From: an uncultured Opitutales bacterium
Lineage (GTDB): Bacteria > Verrucomicrobiota > Verrucomicrobiia > Opitutales > UBA9783
Assembly (NCBI GenBank): GCA_934691225.1
Contig: CAKUSQ010000001.1
Span: 60,001 to 92,000 of the forward strand
Length of the DNA stretch: 32,000 nt
Direction of reading: 5' to 3'
Part shown: positions 8,593 through 17,059 of the stretch, piece after piece
Position numbering within the stretch: position 1 is the first letter of the stretch
Layout of the letters: every line of letters begins with the position of its first letter
Position numbers and translations under genes: made by a program
Notes under the pieces: model-generated
Database searches by the model: none
Told to the model about the DNA's origin: nothing
The model's input: the letters and a program-made list of their open reading frames with translations, nothing else

Positions 8593-10019
8593 TGAAAAAA
8601 TACTCCATAATTGATACACGACAATTTGATATACACAAAGTTTCCATCGTATTAAACGATGGACACTATACCCTATTGGAAGATCAACAATATCTAGAAA
8701 GTTGCGATCAAAAAATATGGAGGCAAAAATTTCCCTACATTTTACAGGACATCGCTAAAACCATAACGGACACGATTCCTATATTTATTTTTCCTGAAAC
8801 TACATCCATCAATCTGATTGTTGAAGTAAAACCCATAGATAATTTCACTTTAGAACAACAATTAGCTCAAGCGCTACAACAAGATTTTGGTATATGTTCT
8901 CAACATTTCGCTTACAGATACCTAAAATTGCAAAATCAGTGTTATTTTATTACTTTAATTCCAAAAAAATTCCTGCATTTTATAAAATCTACGTTTAAAA
9001 ACATTCCCTATCCATTTTATTTTTTACCTCCAATGGTAGGTCTTAAAGCTTATTTTGATCGTTTTCCTAAAGAAGAAACGCCTACAATCGCTATTTTTAT
9101 TGAACAGTATTTACGTCGATTTTTTATACAAAATCAACAAACATTTAACTTTATTGATTTTCAACAAAACACGTTAAATCAACAGGATACACTATCGGAA
9201 GAACTTAAAACCTCTCATCAATTTATAACTCAAACGTTAGATATACCTTCGGGGAAAAAACAAATTCTTCTATTCGGGAATTTCCCTCCTACCCTACTGA
9301 ACACCTACTCAAATGACCCTCAAGTTATTGTAAAAAATATTCAAAATATCGAACAATTATCGGGAAGTATTGAACGTACCTCAACATTACGTCAATGTTT
9401 ATATGTTGGAGTTTGTGATTTCATAAATGAACCAAATCATCCTTTAAGTATTTTTAATTTTTACAATTTTCAGCCTACCTACTCCTCCTCCATTAAAGTA
9501 TTTAAACATATTTATAAAACTATTGAACGATATTTTACGCCCATTTTTTGTACTTGCATTCTATTATTTTTTGGCCTAACGGCTGGAATCATTCACGAAT
9601 CTCATCATCAAAAAAATCTTCTCCAACAAATAGAACAAGTACACAATTTAAGATCCGACATACAAGCTCTTCACATAGATAATCAACGCCTTATCCAACA
9701 AAACAATACTCGCTTATTTTTGCCTAATGCTATATTAACCTTGTGCCAAGATCTCCAAAAAATCGAGTGCGATTTCTGCATTGATAATATTACTATTGTA
9801 AATGTAAAACAACAGCATTATTTTAACCTAAAAGGAAGGATTGAACAAAAACTTTTTAAAAGATTCGCAAAGGATTTAAATCAAATTATAAAATCAAAAC
9901 TTCCAGAAAAATCTTCTAAAAAATTTTCTCTACAAACGACCACACTCGAAGGTTCTTTTTACGAATTTACAATAAAAATTCCCTTACAATTACCTCCATT
10001 TTTAACACTGAAATCATGA
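8592..10019 (+). CDS. PilM-PilN fusion / GspL-like assembly-platform protein
   Basis: The start was moved from 8511 to the ATG at 8592, which overlaps the gspF stop as TGATG. The architecture is an approx 320-aa cytoplasmic domain with PilM-like periodicity, one TM (FTPIFCTCILLFFGLTAGIIH), a coiled coil (QKNLLQQIEQVHNLRSDIQALHIDNQRLIQQ) and an approx 100-aa periplasmic tail. The call rests on architecture and context. Confidence 0.5.
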   Translation: MKKYSIIDTRQFDIHKVSIVLNDGHYTLLEDQQYLESCDQKIWRQKFPYILQDIAKTITDTIPIFIFPETTSINLIVEVKPIDNFTLEQQLAQALQQDFGICSQHFAYRYLKLQNQCYFITLIPKKFLHFIKSTFKNIPYPFYFLPPMVGLKAYFDRFPKEETPTIAIFIEQYLRRFFIQNQQTFNFIDFQQNTLNQQDTLSEELKTSHQFITQTLDIPSGKKQILLFGNFPPTLLNTYSNDPQVIVKNIQNIEQLSGSIERTSTLRQCLYVGVCDFINEPNHPLSIFNFYNFQPTYSSSIKVFKHIYKTIERYFTPIFCTCILLFFGLTAGIIHESHHQKNLLQQIEQVHNLRSDIQALHIDNQRLIQQNNTRLFLPNAILTLCQDLQKIECDFCIDNITIVNVKQQHYFNLKGRIEQKLFKRFAKDLNQIIKSKLPEKSSKKFSLQTTTLEGSFYEFTIKIPLQLPPFLTLKS

Positions 10020-10510
10020 AAAAAATTATCTCCATTATATTTATACTTCTTATAAATATGTGCTTTGCAAGTTACTATTTTTATTTAAAAAGAAACAATC
10101 ACATAGCTCAAACGGAAGTTCAACCTTTACAAAATCTCCAACAAAAATACGCTTATTTAAAACAAAAACATTCCCTTTTATGTTTTCCATGGCAAACTCA
10201 AACAAAAGAAGAAAGTAAGGCTTTTTTAGAAAAACAATTATCTGATTTACAAATATTTATTTTAAAAGACCACTGTCTAACACCTACATCACCAACGCTA
10301 TCACAAAAATTTAATCGTCCTAAAATTAACCTACATAACGGTTACTTATCCGGATTTATTTTATACAAAGATTGCATGTTTTTGTTAGAAAAATTATCCC
10401 AACTAGAACTCCCATTATGGATCACTTCTATGACGATTCAACGCAATTTTTACCACAATCTAGGCTTACAAGTTTCATTCACTTACACCTTAGCCGAAGT
10501 TTCAAATTAA
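10016..10510 (+). CDS. Bitopic membrane protein, GspM/PilO-like
   Basis: It overlaps the preceding gene by ATGA. An N-terminal TM (IISIIFILLINMCFASYYFYL) is followed by a helical segment and a small periplasmic domain. The size is 164 aa and it sits where gspM/pilO is expected. Confidence 0.4.
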   Translation: MKKIISIIFILLINMCFASYYFYLKRNNHIAQTEVQPLQNLQQKYAYLKQKHSLLCFPWQTQTKEESKAFLEKQLSDLQIFILKDHCLTPTSPTLSQKFNRPKINLHNGYLSGFILYKDCMFLLEKLSQLELPLWITSMTIQRNFYHNLGLQVSFTYTLAEVSN

Positions 10511-11154
10511 AACAAATCTGCTTGCTGCATTTGCTGATTAAACCTTCTCGAATTGCTTTCCTTAAGCAACCAACCTAAGTCTTTGGCACCTATTGATTCA
10601 TTTCGAACGAAGTTTAATAATAAAATTGTACATGCAATAGCATCAAACAAAGCACAATGGAAATATTTTCGCTGAGGTGGACAAAATTTCTCAGCTAATT
10701 GGAATAAAATTCCACTTAAATTGCAATTTTGAATCAATTGAGACAAAGAACAGGTCGTATTAAAAAATTTTTTGTACAAAAAATAGGTATCCAACCAAGG
10801 TCCCCAATGATTTTGTTTTACATCTGGCAAACCATACGCATGCAAAACAACTGGACAGTAAGATTTTAACAAGGTATTTTCAAAGATAGCATTATGAGCA
10901 CAAAAATAAGCCTTTGAACGCAATTCTAAAAATGTCTCAATATAGATTGAAAAGTCTTTGCATTTTTCAACCAAATGCGCATCAATACCATGACAAGCCG
11001 TTTCATCATTTGAAATTGATTGCCGATTTTTACATAATTTTGTCTGTGTAAAAAAAATCCCGTTTTCCAATGAAACACCAACAATTCCGTACTCCAAAAT
11101 ACCCGATTTTAAGCTTCCTTCAAAGTCTATAACATAAATCACGGCATCTTTCAT
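10507..11154 (-). CDS. DEDDh 3'-5' exonuclease (DnaQ/epsilon-like)
   Basis: Exo I is YVIDFEGS, Exo II is AHNAIFE and Exo III is HCALFDAIA. The size is 215 aa. Confidence 0.8.
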   Translation of the reverse strand: MKDAVIYVIDFEGSLKSGILEYGIVGVSLENGIFFTQTKLCKNRQSISNDETACHGIDAHLVEKCKDFSIYIETFLELRSKAYFCAHNAIFENTLLKSYCPVVLHAYGLPDVKQNHWGPWLDTYFLYKKFFNTTCSLSQLIQNCNLSGILFQLAEKFCPPQRKYFHCALFDAIACTILLLNFVRNESIGAKDLGWLLKESNSRRFNQQMQQADLF

Positions 11155-11209
11155 GTCGCTTTAATTTTTGCAGTAACGATAAAAAACACAAGGAATTTTT
11201 ATTATTTTG

Positions 11210-11241
11210 TTGACAGAGGATTTAGATTATTTTCTTATAAA
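11210..11241 (+). promoter_or_regulatory. Candidate promoter for tRNA-Arg
   Basis: TTGACA (11210-11215) is followed after 19-20 nt by TTATAA/TATAAA (11235-11241), about 16 nt upstream of the tRNA 5' end. The spacer is longer than optimal. Confidence 0.3.
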
Positions 11242-11256
11242 AGCATAGTTTGTAAA

Positions 11257-11333
11257 GCACCTTTAGCTCAATTGGATAGAGCATCTGACTACGGATCAGA
11301 AGGTTGGGGGTTCGACTCCCTCAAGGTGCGCCA
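11257..11333 (+). tRNA. tRNA-Arg (anticodon ACG), CCA encoded
   Basis: The cloverleaf was read directly. The acceptor stem is GCACCTT/AAGGTGC and the D arm is GCTC-AATTGGATA-GAGC. The anticodon stem TCTGA/TCAGA carries loop CT-ACG-GA, with the anticodon at 11291-11293. The T arm is GGGGG-TTCGACT-CCCTC, followed by discriminator G and CCA at 11331-11333. Confidence 0.95.
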
Positions 11334-11413
11334 CTCTTAACTTGCAAAAACCATTTTAGGAAATTTTCTTTGTGTTGAATAATTTCGGGCATATGTTATG
11401 CTTTCTTTCATGA

Positions 11414-11419
11414 GATAAT
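11414..11419 (+). promoter_or_regulatory. Extended -10 promoter candidate for the nucleosidase gene
   Basis: TGaGATAAT has TG at 11411-11412 and GATAAT at 11414-11419, 9 nt upstream of the ATG at 11429. Confidence 0.3.
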
Positions 11420-11428
11420 TGTTTTTTT

Positions 11429-12439
11429 ATGAAAATTAATTTTAAAGCACTTATTATTATCAGTTATTCGTTATTAAATTGTTGTTTTGGAGGCAAAGAT
11501 CGTTTACCTGACGTATACTTTCATACGCCCATCCAAAAAAAGCCGGTAGAGTACAAAGCAAAAGTTCCTTGTGCTGCAAAAAAACGTCCTTACTTTCGCT
11601 TACCTAAATTAATAGACCCATCCATTCTTCTTATTTGTCCCAATAGTTACGAATTTGAAGCTGTTTATGAAGCATTAAAAGACAAATATGAACTTAAAGC
11701 TTGTAAAAGAATAAAAGATTACATTTTTGGCAATTCAACCTCTTCTGATAAAAACCTAAAAGATTTACAGGATAAAGAAATTGAACCTTTGTATTTTTTT
11801 AATATAAACAATGTAAAAACCTGTCTTGCTTTGTGTGGACAACGTACCTCTGAAACCTATAACTTTTCTTCTAAATTTCAAATCGTCTTCAAAAATTTAA
11901 AAACCGTTATTTTATATGGAATTTGTGGTTGTTCCGATCCTGATACAAATGTAGGTTCGATTATTTTTCCATCAAAATATGTAGAAGGAGTTTCACCAAC
12001 AACAGGACAACCTGCCGAAAATACAGAAGTTTTTTTAAAAAATAAGAGTTTTTATTTTAAAGGTAAAAAAGAATTCGAAATAGAAACAGATACTAAAAAA
12101 ATTATAAATACTTTTCTAATGACATTTAAAGAACGTTTAACAAATATAAATTGCTTTATCAACATCAACTTTACATCCGAAATTTTTATAAAAGATGATG
12201 AACTTGTTCTTCAATTAAAGAAAAAACTAAACACAACTAATATTTGTATAAATACAGAAGATTATACAATGGCTCAAAACTACAAGGGTATCACATTTAT
12301 CCCCATAAGAGCAGTAAGTGACCACGCGGGGCTAGAAGACCCTAATGAAATTCTTGAAGGTAAAACTCAAGCTTGTGAAGTTTTAACTCAAGCAGCACTA
12401 TTGACAACTAACCTTATTTCTAAACAGAAACTTAAATAA
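11429..12439 (+). CDS. Exported PNP_UDP_1-family nucleosidase (MTA/SAH-nucleosidase-like) with N-terminal signal peptide
   Basis: The N-terminal signal is MKINFKALIIISYSLLNCCFGG. The core aligns by eye to E. coli MtnN. ILLICPNSYEFEAV matches IGIIGAMEEEV, VILYGICGCSDPDTNVGSII matches VIINTGSAGGLAPTLKVGDIV, and FIPIRAVSDHAG matches VVVRAISDVAD, which includes the catalytic Asp. Confidence 0.65.
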   Translation: MKINFKALIIISYSLLNCCFGGKDRLPDVYFHTPIQKKPVEYKAKVPCAAKKRPYFRLPKLIDPSILLICPNSYEFEAVYEALKDKYELKACKRIKDYIFGNSTSSDKNLKDLQDKEIEPLYFFNINNVKTCLALCGQRTSETYNFSSKFQIVFKNLKTVILYGICGCSDPDTNVGSIIFPSKYVEGVSPTTGQPAENTEVFLKNKSFYFKGKKEFEIETDTKKIINTFLMTFKERLTNINCFININFTSEIFIKDDELVLQLKKKLNTTNICINTEDYTMAQNYKGITFIPIRAVSDHAGLEDPNEILEGKTQACEVLTQAALLTTNLISKQKLK

Positions 12440-12452
12440 TCATATTTTAGAA

Positions 12453-12481
12453 TTGAAAAATTTCCAGATATTCTTCAATAT
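12453..12481 (+). promoter_or_regulatory. Sigma70-type promoter candidate for the PFK-like/fabD/lepA block
   Basis: The layout is TTGAAA (12453-12458), 17 nt, CAATAT (12476-12481), 8 nt, ATG (12490). Confidence 0.4.
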
Positions 12482-12489
12482 GCAAAACG

Positions 12490-13686
12490 ATGAAATCTGG
12501 AAATTTATTGATTTTGCAATCGGGCATCCCTAGTGTCGTTGGGAATAGCGTTTTACATGGAATGCTTTCTGAAGCTTTAAATTATGAAAACATCGAGGAA
12601 ATTTATGGCGTTTTCAATGGATTCGAAGGAATCACGAAAGAACATTTTATTGATTTAGCATCTTTGCCGCAAAAAAAGGCACAACTTTTACTAACCACAA
12701 ACGGTTATGCCTTGAAAAATGAAACACGCTCGTTTCAAGGAACATCTGAAGATTTTGACAAAAGTATTGAAGTATTGGCTCAGTATGAAATTAAATACAT
12801 GGGTGTTATCTGTGACCAGGCTTCACTCGAATATGTAAATCGCCTAAGCCTTGCAGCCCGCCAAAAGCAATACGATTTGCAAATCATTGCGGTGCCTCAT
12901 TCCAATTACAATGAGTTACCGATTACAGATCACAGTTTAGGTTACGGCAGTTATTTAAAGTTTTTGAACGCCTACTTAACTTCGTTTGAAAATTTTTTGC
13001 AAAACAAACCTGTGCATGTTGGTATTTGTGAAATCGATGGCGGTAATAACGGTTGGATCGTTGCTGGAGCTTCTCTAACTTATTCATCCTGCAACCATAA
13101 AATCATTGATGAAGATGAAATGCCCTACATTGTATGCTTGCCGGAACAACCTTTTAATAAATCCACCTTTCTAGCACTCGTAAAAAACAAATTATCAAAA
13201 CATTCGCATATTACAGTTATTACACATGCACAATTAGTTGATGAAGAAGGTGTCACTTTAGATTTAGGAACGTTCAATTCTACCGGCCAATACTTAAATC
13301 ATCTGATTCAATCTGAACTAAATGTATCCTCTTGTTTAAACATTTGCAGTATAGCTCAACAACCATTGTCTCATTTTATATCAAAAACAGACCAAAATGA
13401 AGCAATAGCTTGTGGACGTGCTACATTACAACAATTAATAGACGAAGGAGAAAGCGACAAAGCAGCTGTTCTAATCCGCAAAGAAAACGACGTTGGAAGT
13501 TGTGAAGTAAGTTTTCTACCTATTGATGAAATGATCAATGGATTGAAGTTTCTACCTACCGATTGGATCTGTGAAAAAACAATGACGATCAACTATGCTC
13601 TTACTAAGTACGCTTTACCTTTAATTCAAGGTGAAATTGTTGTACCTTTTGAAAAAGGTATCCCTGAACTTATTCAATTATCCTAA
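12490..13686 (+). CDS. Phosphofructokinase-family protein (short PPi-PFK type) with degenerate catalytic motifs
   Basis: Family-typical segments are retained (LILQSG.P, ITDHSLGYGS, SKTDQNEAIACG, YALPLIQGE). The catalytic and substrate motifs are substituted. See the corresponding finding. Confidence 0.8.
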   Translation: MKSGNLLILQSGIPSVVGNSVLHGMLSEALNYENIEEIYGVFNGFEGITKEHFIDLASLPQKKAQLLLTTNGYALKNETRSFQGTSEDFDKSIEVLAQYEIKYMGVICDQASLEYVNRLSLAARQKQYDLQIIAVPHSNYNELPITDHSLGYGSYLKFLNAYLTSFENFLQNKPVHVGICEIDGGNNGWIVAGASLTYSSCNHKIIDEDEMPYIVCLPEQPFNKSTFLALVKNKLSKHSHITVITHAQLVDEEGVTLDLGTFNSTGQYLNHLIQSELNVSSCLNICSIAQQPLSHFISKTDQNEAIACGRATLQQLIDEGESDKAAVLIRKENDVGSCEVSFLPIDEMINGLKFLPTDWICEKTMTINYALTKYALPLIQGEIVVPFEKGIPELIQLS

Positions 13687-13687
13687 G

Positions 13688-14602
13688 ATGCGAACTTTAT
13701 TATTATTCCCTGGCCAAGGAGCACAAGCGGTAGGAATGGGGAAAACTTGGTATGCAGCAAGTGAAATTGTACGCAGCCATTTTGAACAAGCTAACAAAAT
13801 TCTACCATTCGATATTATTGATGTGTGCTTTAATGGTCCCATCGATGTTTTGCAAGAAACTCGTATCTGTCAACCAGCTTTGTTTGTGGTAGGCTACTCC
13901 ATTTTTGCTCATCTAAAACATATGGGTTGGTTTGAAAAACATCCACTGTTGGGAGCCACAGGTCTAAGTTTAGGAGAACTAACTGCGCTAGCCGTAGCCG
14001 ATGTTTTTGATTTTCAAACAGGCTTGCGTATAGTAGCCGAACGCGGACGGTTAATGCAAAAAGCTTGCGATCTTGAGCCTACGGGAATGCTGGCGCTAAT
14101 TGCAGGCACACCGGAAGCTATTCAACAATTATGCGCTGATTTTGATCTTGATATTTCTAATTTAAATTGTCCTGGACAAACCGTGGTTTCAGGCACACTA
14201 AATAACCTTGAAAAAGCACAGTTTGTAGCTAAAGAACGCGGCTTTAAAATGGCAGTTCCTTTAAAAGTTGCAGGCGCTTATCACTCACGTTGGATGCAAC
14301 CAGCTCGTGAAAAATTTGAAAAATTCATTCAAAAAATTCCATTTAACACCCCTAATATTACAGTACTGACGAACGTAAATGGAAATCCTATACACGATCC
14401 TGAAGAAATTCGAAATGCTTTAGGATTACAACTAACATCCACGGTACTTTTTGAAAAATGCTTACGCTATTGCCACAAAATGGAAGCAGATGTTTGTTTA
14501 GAATGTGGTCCAGGTAATGTAATTTCTGGTCTAGCCAAACGAACGGAAGCGACGCTTAACGTAAAAAGTATGGCTGATGCAGACAGCTTAAAAAATTTAT
14601 AA
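13688..14602 (+). CDS. fabD: Malonyl CoA-acyl carrier protein transacylase
   Basis: The start was moved to ATG 13688 (MRTLLLFPGQGAQAVGMGK), 1 nt after the upstream stop. Supporting motifs are the active-site GLSLGE, PALFVVGYS, CPGQTVVSG and GAYHS. Confidence 0.95.
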   Translation: MRTLLLFPGQGAQAVGMGKTWYAASEIVRSHFEQANKILPFDIIDVCFNGPIDVLQETRICQPALFVVGYSIFAHLKHMGWFEKHPLLGATGLSLGELTALAVADVFDFQTGLRIVAERGRLMQKACDLEPTGMLALIAGTPEAIQQLCADFDLDISNLNCPGQTVVSGTLNNLEKAQFVAKERGFKMAVPLKVAGAYHSRWMQPAREKFEKFIQKIPFNTPNITVLTNVNGNPIHDPEEIRNALGLQLTSTVLFEKCLRYCHKMEADVCLECGPGNVISGLAKRTEATLNVKSMADADSLKNL

Positions 14603-14604
14603 AC

Positions 14605-16398
14605 ATGGATCGTATACGAAACTTTTGCATTATTGCCCACGTAGATCATGGGAAAACAACACTTTCTGATCGTTTGTTAGAAACAACACAGACCATCGAA
14701 AAGCGAAAAATGCAGGAACAACTGCTAGATTCAATGGATTTGGAACGTGAAAAAGGTATCACCATCAAATCCCATCCTGTAACCATGCACTACCAATACA
14801 AAGGTGATACGTATATTTTTAACCTTATTGATACACCTGGCCATGTCGATTTTTCTTATGAAGTTTCTCGAAGTTTGGCCGCATGCGAAGGTGCCATTCT
14901 TCTGGTAGACGCATCACAGGGTATTGAAGCACAAACCGTAGCTAATGCTCTCCTGGCTATTCAGGGAGGATTGTCTGTCATTCCAGTGCTCAACAAAATT
15001 GATCTTCCAAGCTCAAATGTCGAAAAAGTTAAAAAGCAGCTGGAAGATATTTTAGCCATTCCATCAGATGAAACCTTGAACGTAAGCGGCAAAACAGGTG
15101 CTGGTGTACCTGAATTGATGGAAGCCATTATTAAACGCATTCCATCGCCTAAAGGACAAGCTTCTCAACCTTTACAGGCGCTGGTTTTTGATGCCACTTA
15201 CGATACTTATAAAGGATTGATTTGTTACGTTCGTATCTTTAATGGCTGCGTAAAATCAGGACAAAACATTCTCATGATGAGAAATGGGACCGAAACGCAA
15301 GCTAAAGAAGTTGGTGTATTTACACCGCATATGCAAGAAACAGAAAGCTTAGCTGCAGGCGATGTCGGTTACATTGTTACTAATTTAAAAACATTAACCG
15401 ATATAAAAATCGGTGATACATTAACGTTAACACAACAACCTGCTCAAGAACCATTGCCTGGTTACAAAGAAATCAAACCCATGGTTTTCAGCGGCTTATA
15501 CCCCCTGGATACAAAGGATTATGAACGGCTGAAAAATGGTTTGTTTAAATTAAAATTAAACGATGCTTCATTGACTTTCCAATCTGAAAATTCAACTGCA
15601 TTAGGGTTTGGTTTTCGTTGCGGGTTTCTTGGATTGCTCCACATGGAAATTATACAAGAACGTTTGCGTCGCGAATACGATCTTGATTTAATTGCTACCT
15701 ACCCGAGTGTTGTTTACCATGTCTACCTAACGGATGGAACCAAAATCAACGTTGATAATCCATTGCGCTTACCTGAGCCATCTTACGTAAAACACATTGA
15801 AGAACCTACCATTAAAGCTTCGATTCACATACCAAACGAATCTATTGGAAGCATTTTGGATTTAATTCGAGAAAAACGCGGTGAATGTCTATCTACTGAA
15901 ACCTTAGATGAGCAACGATTATTGCTCGTCTGCTCACTACCTCTTAATGAAATTTTACTAGATTTCAACGATCGACTTAAAAGCTTAACCCAAGGCTATG
16001 GTTCTATGGATTATGAACTAAGCGACTATGTATGTTCTGATCTTGTAAAAATGGATATCATGGTCAATGGAGAACCTGTAGATGCATTTTCCAGCATTGT
16101 TCATCGCTCAAAAGCAGAATACCAAGGACGGCAACTATGTGAACGCTTAAAGGATTTGCTACCTAAACAAATGTTTAAAGTACCTATACAGGCAAGCGTT
16201 TGGGGTAAGATTGTTGCACGGGAAACATTAGGAGCTTATCGAAAGGACGTAACTGCCAAATGTTATGGAGGCGATATTACGCGTAAACGTAAATTGCTTG
16301 AAAAGCAAAAAGAAGGTAAAAAACGGATGAAACAAATTGGTAAAGTTTCTATACCACAAGAAACTTTCGTAAATATTCTAAAATCGAATATAGAATAA
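14605..16398 (+). CDS. lepA: Elongation factor 4 (LepA)
   Basis: IRNFCIIAHVDHGKTTLSDRLL, DTPGHVDF and NKIDL are GTPase motifs. The LepA-specific C-terminus is present (KCYGGDITRKRKLLEKQKEGKKRMKQIGKVSIPQE). Confidence 0.98.
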   Translation: MDRIRNFCIIAHVDHGKTTLSDRLLETTQTIEKRKMQEQLLDSMDLEREKGITIKSHPVTMHYQYKGDTYIFNLIDTPGHVDFSYEVSRSLAACEGAILLVDASQGIEAQTVANALLAIQGGLSVIPVLNKIDLPSSNVEKVKKQLEDILAIPSDETLNVSGKTGAGVPELMEAIIKRIPSPKGQASQPLQALVFDATYDTYKGLICYVRIFNGCVKSGQNILMMRNGTETQAKEVGVFTPHMQETESLAAGDVGYIVTNLKTLTDIKIGDTLTLTQQPAQEPLPGYKEIKPMVFSGLYPLDTKDYERLKNGLFKLKLNDASLTFQSENSTALGFGFRCGFLGLLHMEIIQERLRREYDLDLIATYPSVVYHVYLTDGTKINVDNPLRLPEPSYVKHIEEPTIKASIHIPNESIGSILDLIREKRGECLSTETLDEQRLLLVCSLPLNEILLDFNDRLKSLTQGYGSMDYELSDYVCSDLVKMDIMVNGEPVDAFSSIVHRSKAEYQGRQLCERLKDLLPKQMFKVPIQASVWGKIVARETLGAYRKDVTAKCYGGDITRKRKLLEKQKEGKKRMKQIGKVSIPQETFVNILKSNIE

Positions 16399-16403
16399 TC
16401 GAT

Positions 16404-16937
16404 ATGTGTGATTCTCAGAATTTTTTCCTCGACCATCTTTATAATTACCATCCTCAAAATGATGAAGAAATTCACAACAAATCCATTATTATTGATTTTA
16501 TAAAAGCACATCCAAATTGCTTCGAAAACAATTGCAAACCTGGTCACGTAACGGCTTCTGCTTGGATAACAAATCGTACTAATAGCAAATTTTTACTAAC
16601 TTTACACAAAAAATTCCAACGATGGCTACAATTAGGTGGACACTCTGACGGCAATTGTAATTCATTGCAAGTTGCCATTAGAGAAGCGCAAGAAGAATCT
16701 GGCCTCCAACATTTCAAAACAGACGGCAAAATTTTTGACATAGGCATTCATCACGTAAGTGAAAACCATGTGCATTTTGATCTTCGCTTTCTCTTGCAAA
16801 CGCTAGACCCCGATGAAGCCATTATCTTATCAGATGAATCTTTGGATCTACAATGGTTTTGTCAACTACCTCCATCATCAGATACAGATATGCTAAGAAT
16901 GTACAACAAGTGGGTAAAAACAAAAGGACACCTGTGA
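16404..16937 (+). CDS. NUDIX hydrolase
   Basis: The Nudix box GGHSDGNCNSLQVAIREAQEESGL fits Gx5Ex7REUxEExGU. The size is 177 aa. Confidence 0.85.
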   Translation: MCDSQNFFLDHLYNYHPQNDEEIHNKSIIIDFIKAHPNCFENNCKPGHVTASAWITNRTNSKFLLTLHKKFQRWLQLGGHSDGNCNSLQVAIREAQEESGLQHFKTDGKIFDIGIHHVSENHVHFDLRFLLQTLDPDEAIILSDESLDLQWFCQLPPSSDTDMLRMYNKWVKTKGHL

Positions 16938-17059
16938 TCAAATACAATTCAATCGACACACATTTTTTGTATTAAAATAAAATTTATTTAACGATTATAG
17001 TGCAGAAATATTCTAAAAAACATTGCTTATTTCATAATGTCGGCTTATGAATATAAATT

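Noticed and set aside
10507-11154. An Exo II motif reading HNAIFE instead of HNAxFD, considered as evidence of an inactive exonuclease.
   Set aside because: The Asp-to-Glu change is conservative and preserves a metal-binding carboxylate. Exo I (DFE) and Exo III (HCALFDA) are intact, so there is no basis for calling it inactive.
11155-12439. A tRNA-Arg-associated genomic island, with the exported nucleosidase as cargo.
   Set aside because: There is no integrase, no visible direct repeat of the tRNA 3' end downstream, and no compositional break that I can see by eye. The following genes are core housekeeping.
16941-16973. An inverted repeat AATACAA/TTGTATT after the NUDIX gene, considered as an intrinsic terminator.
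   Set aside because: The 7-bp stem is entirely A/T with a 19-nt loop and no U-tract. Its predicted stability is negligible.
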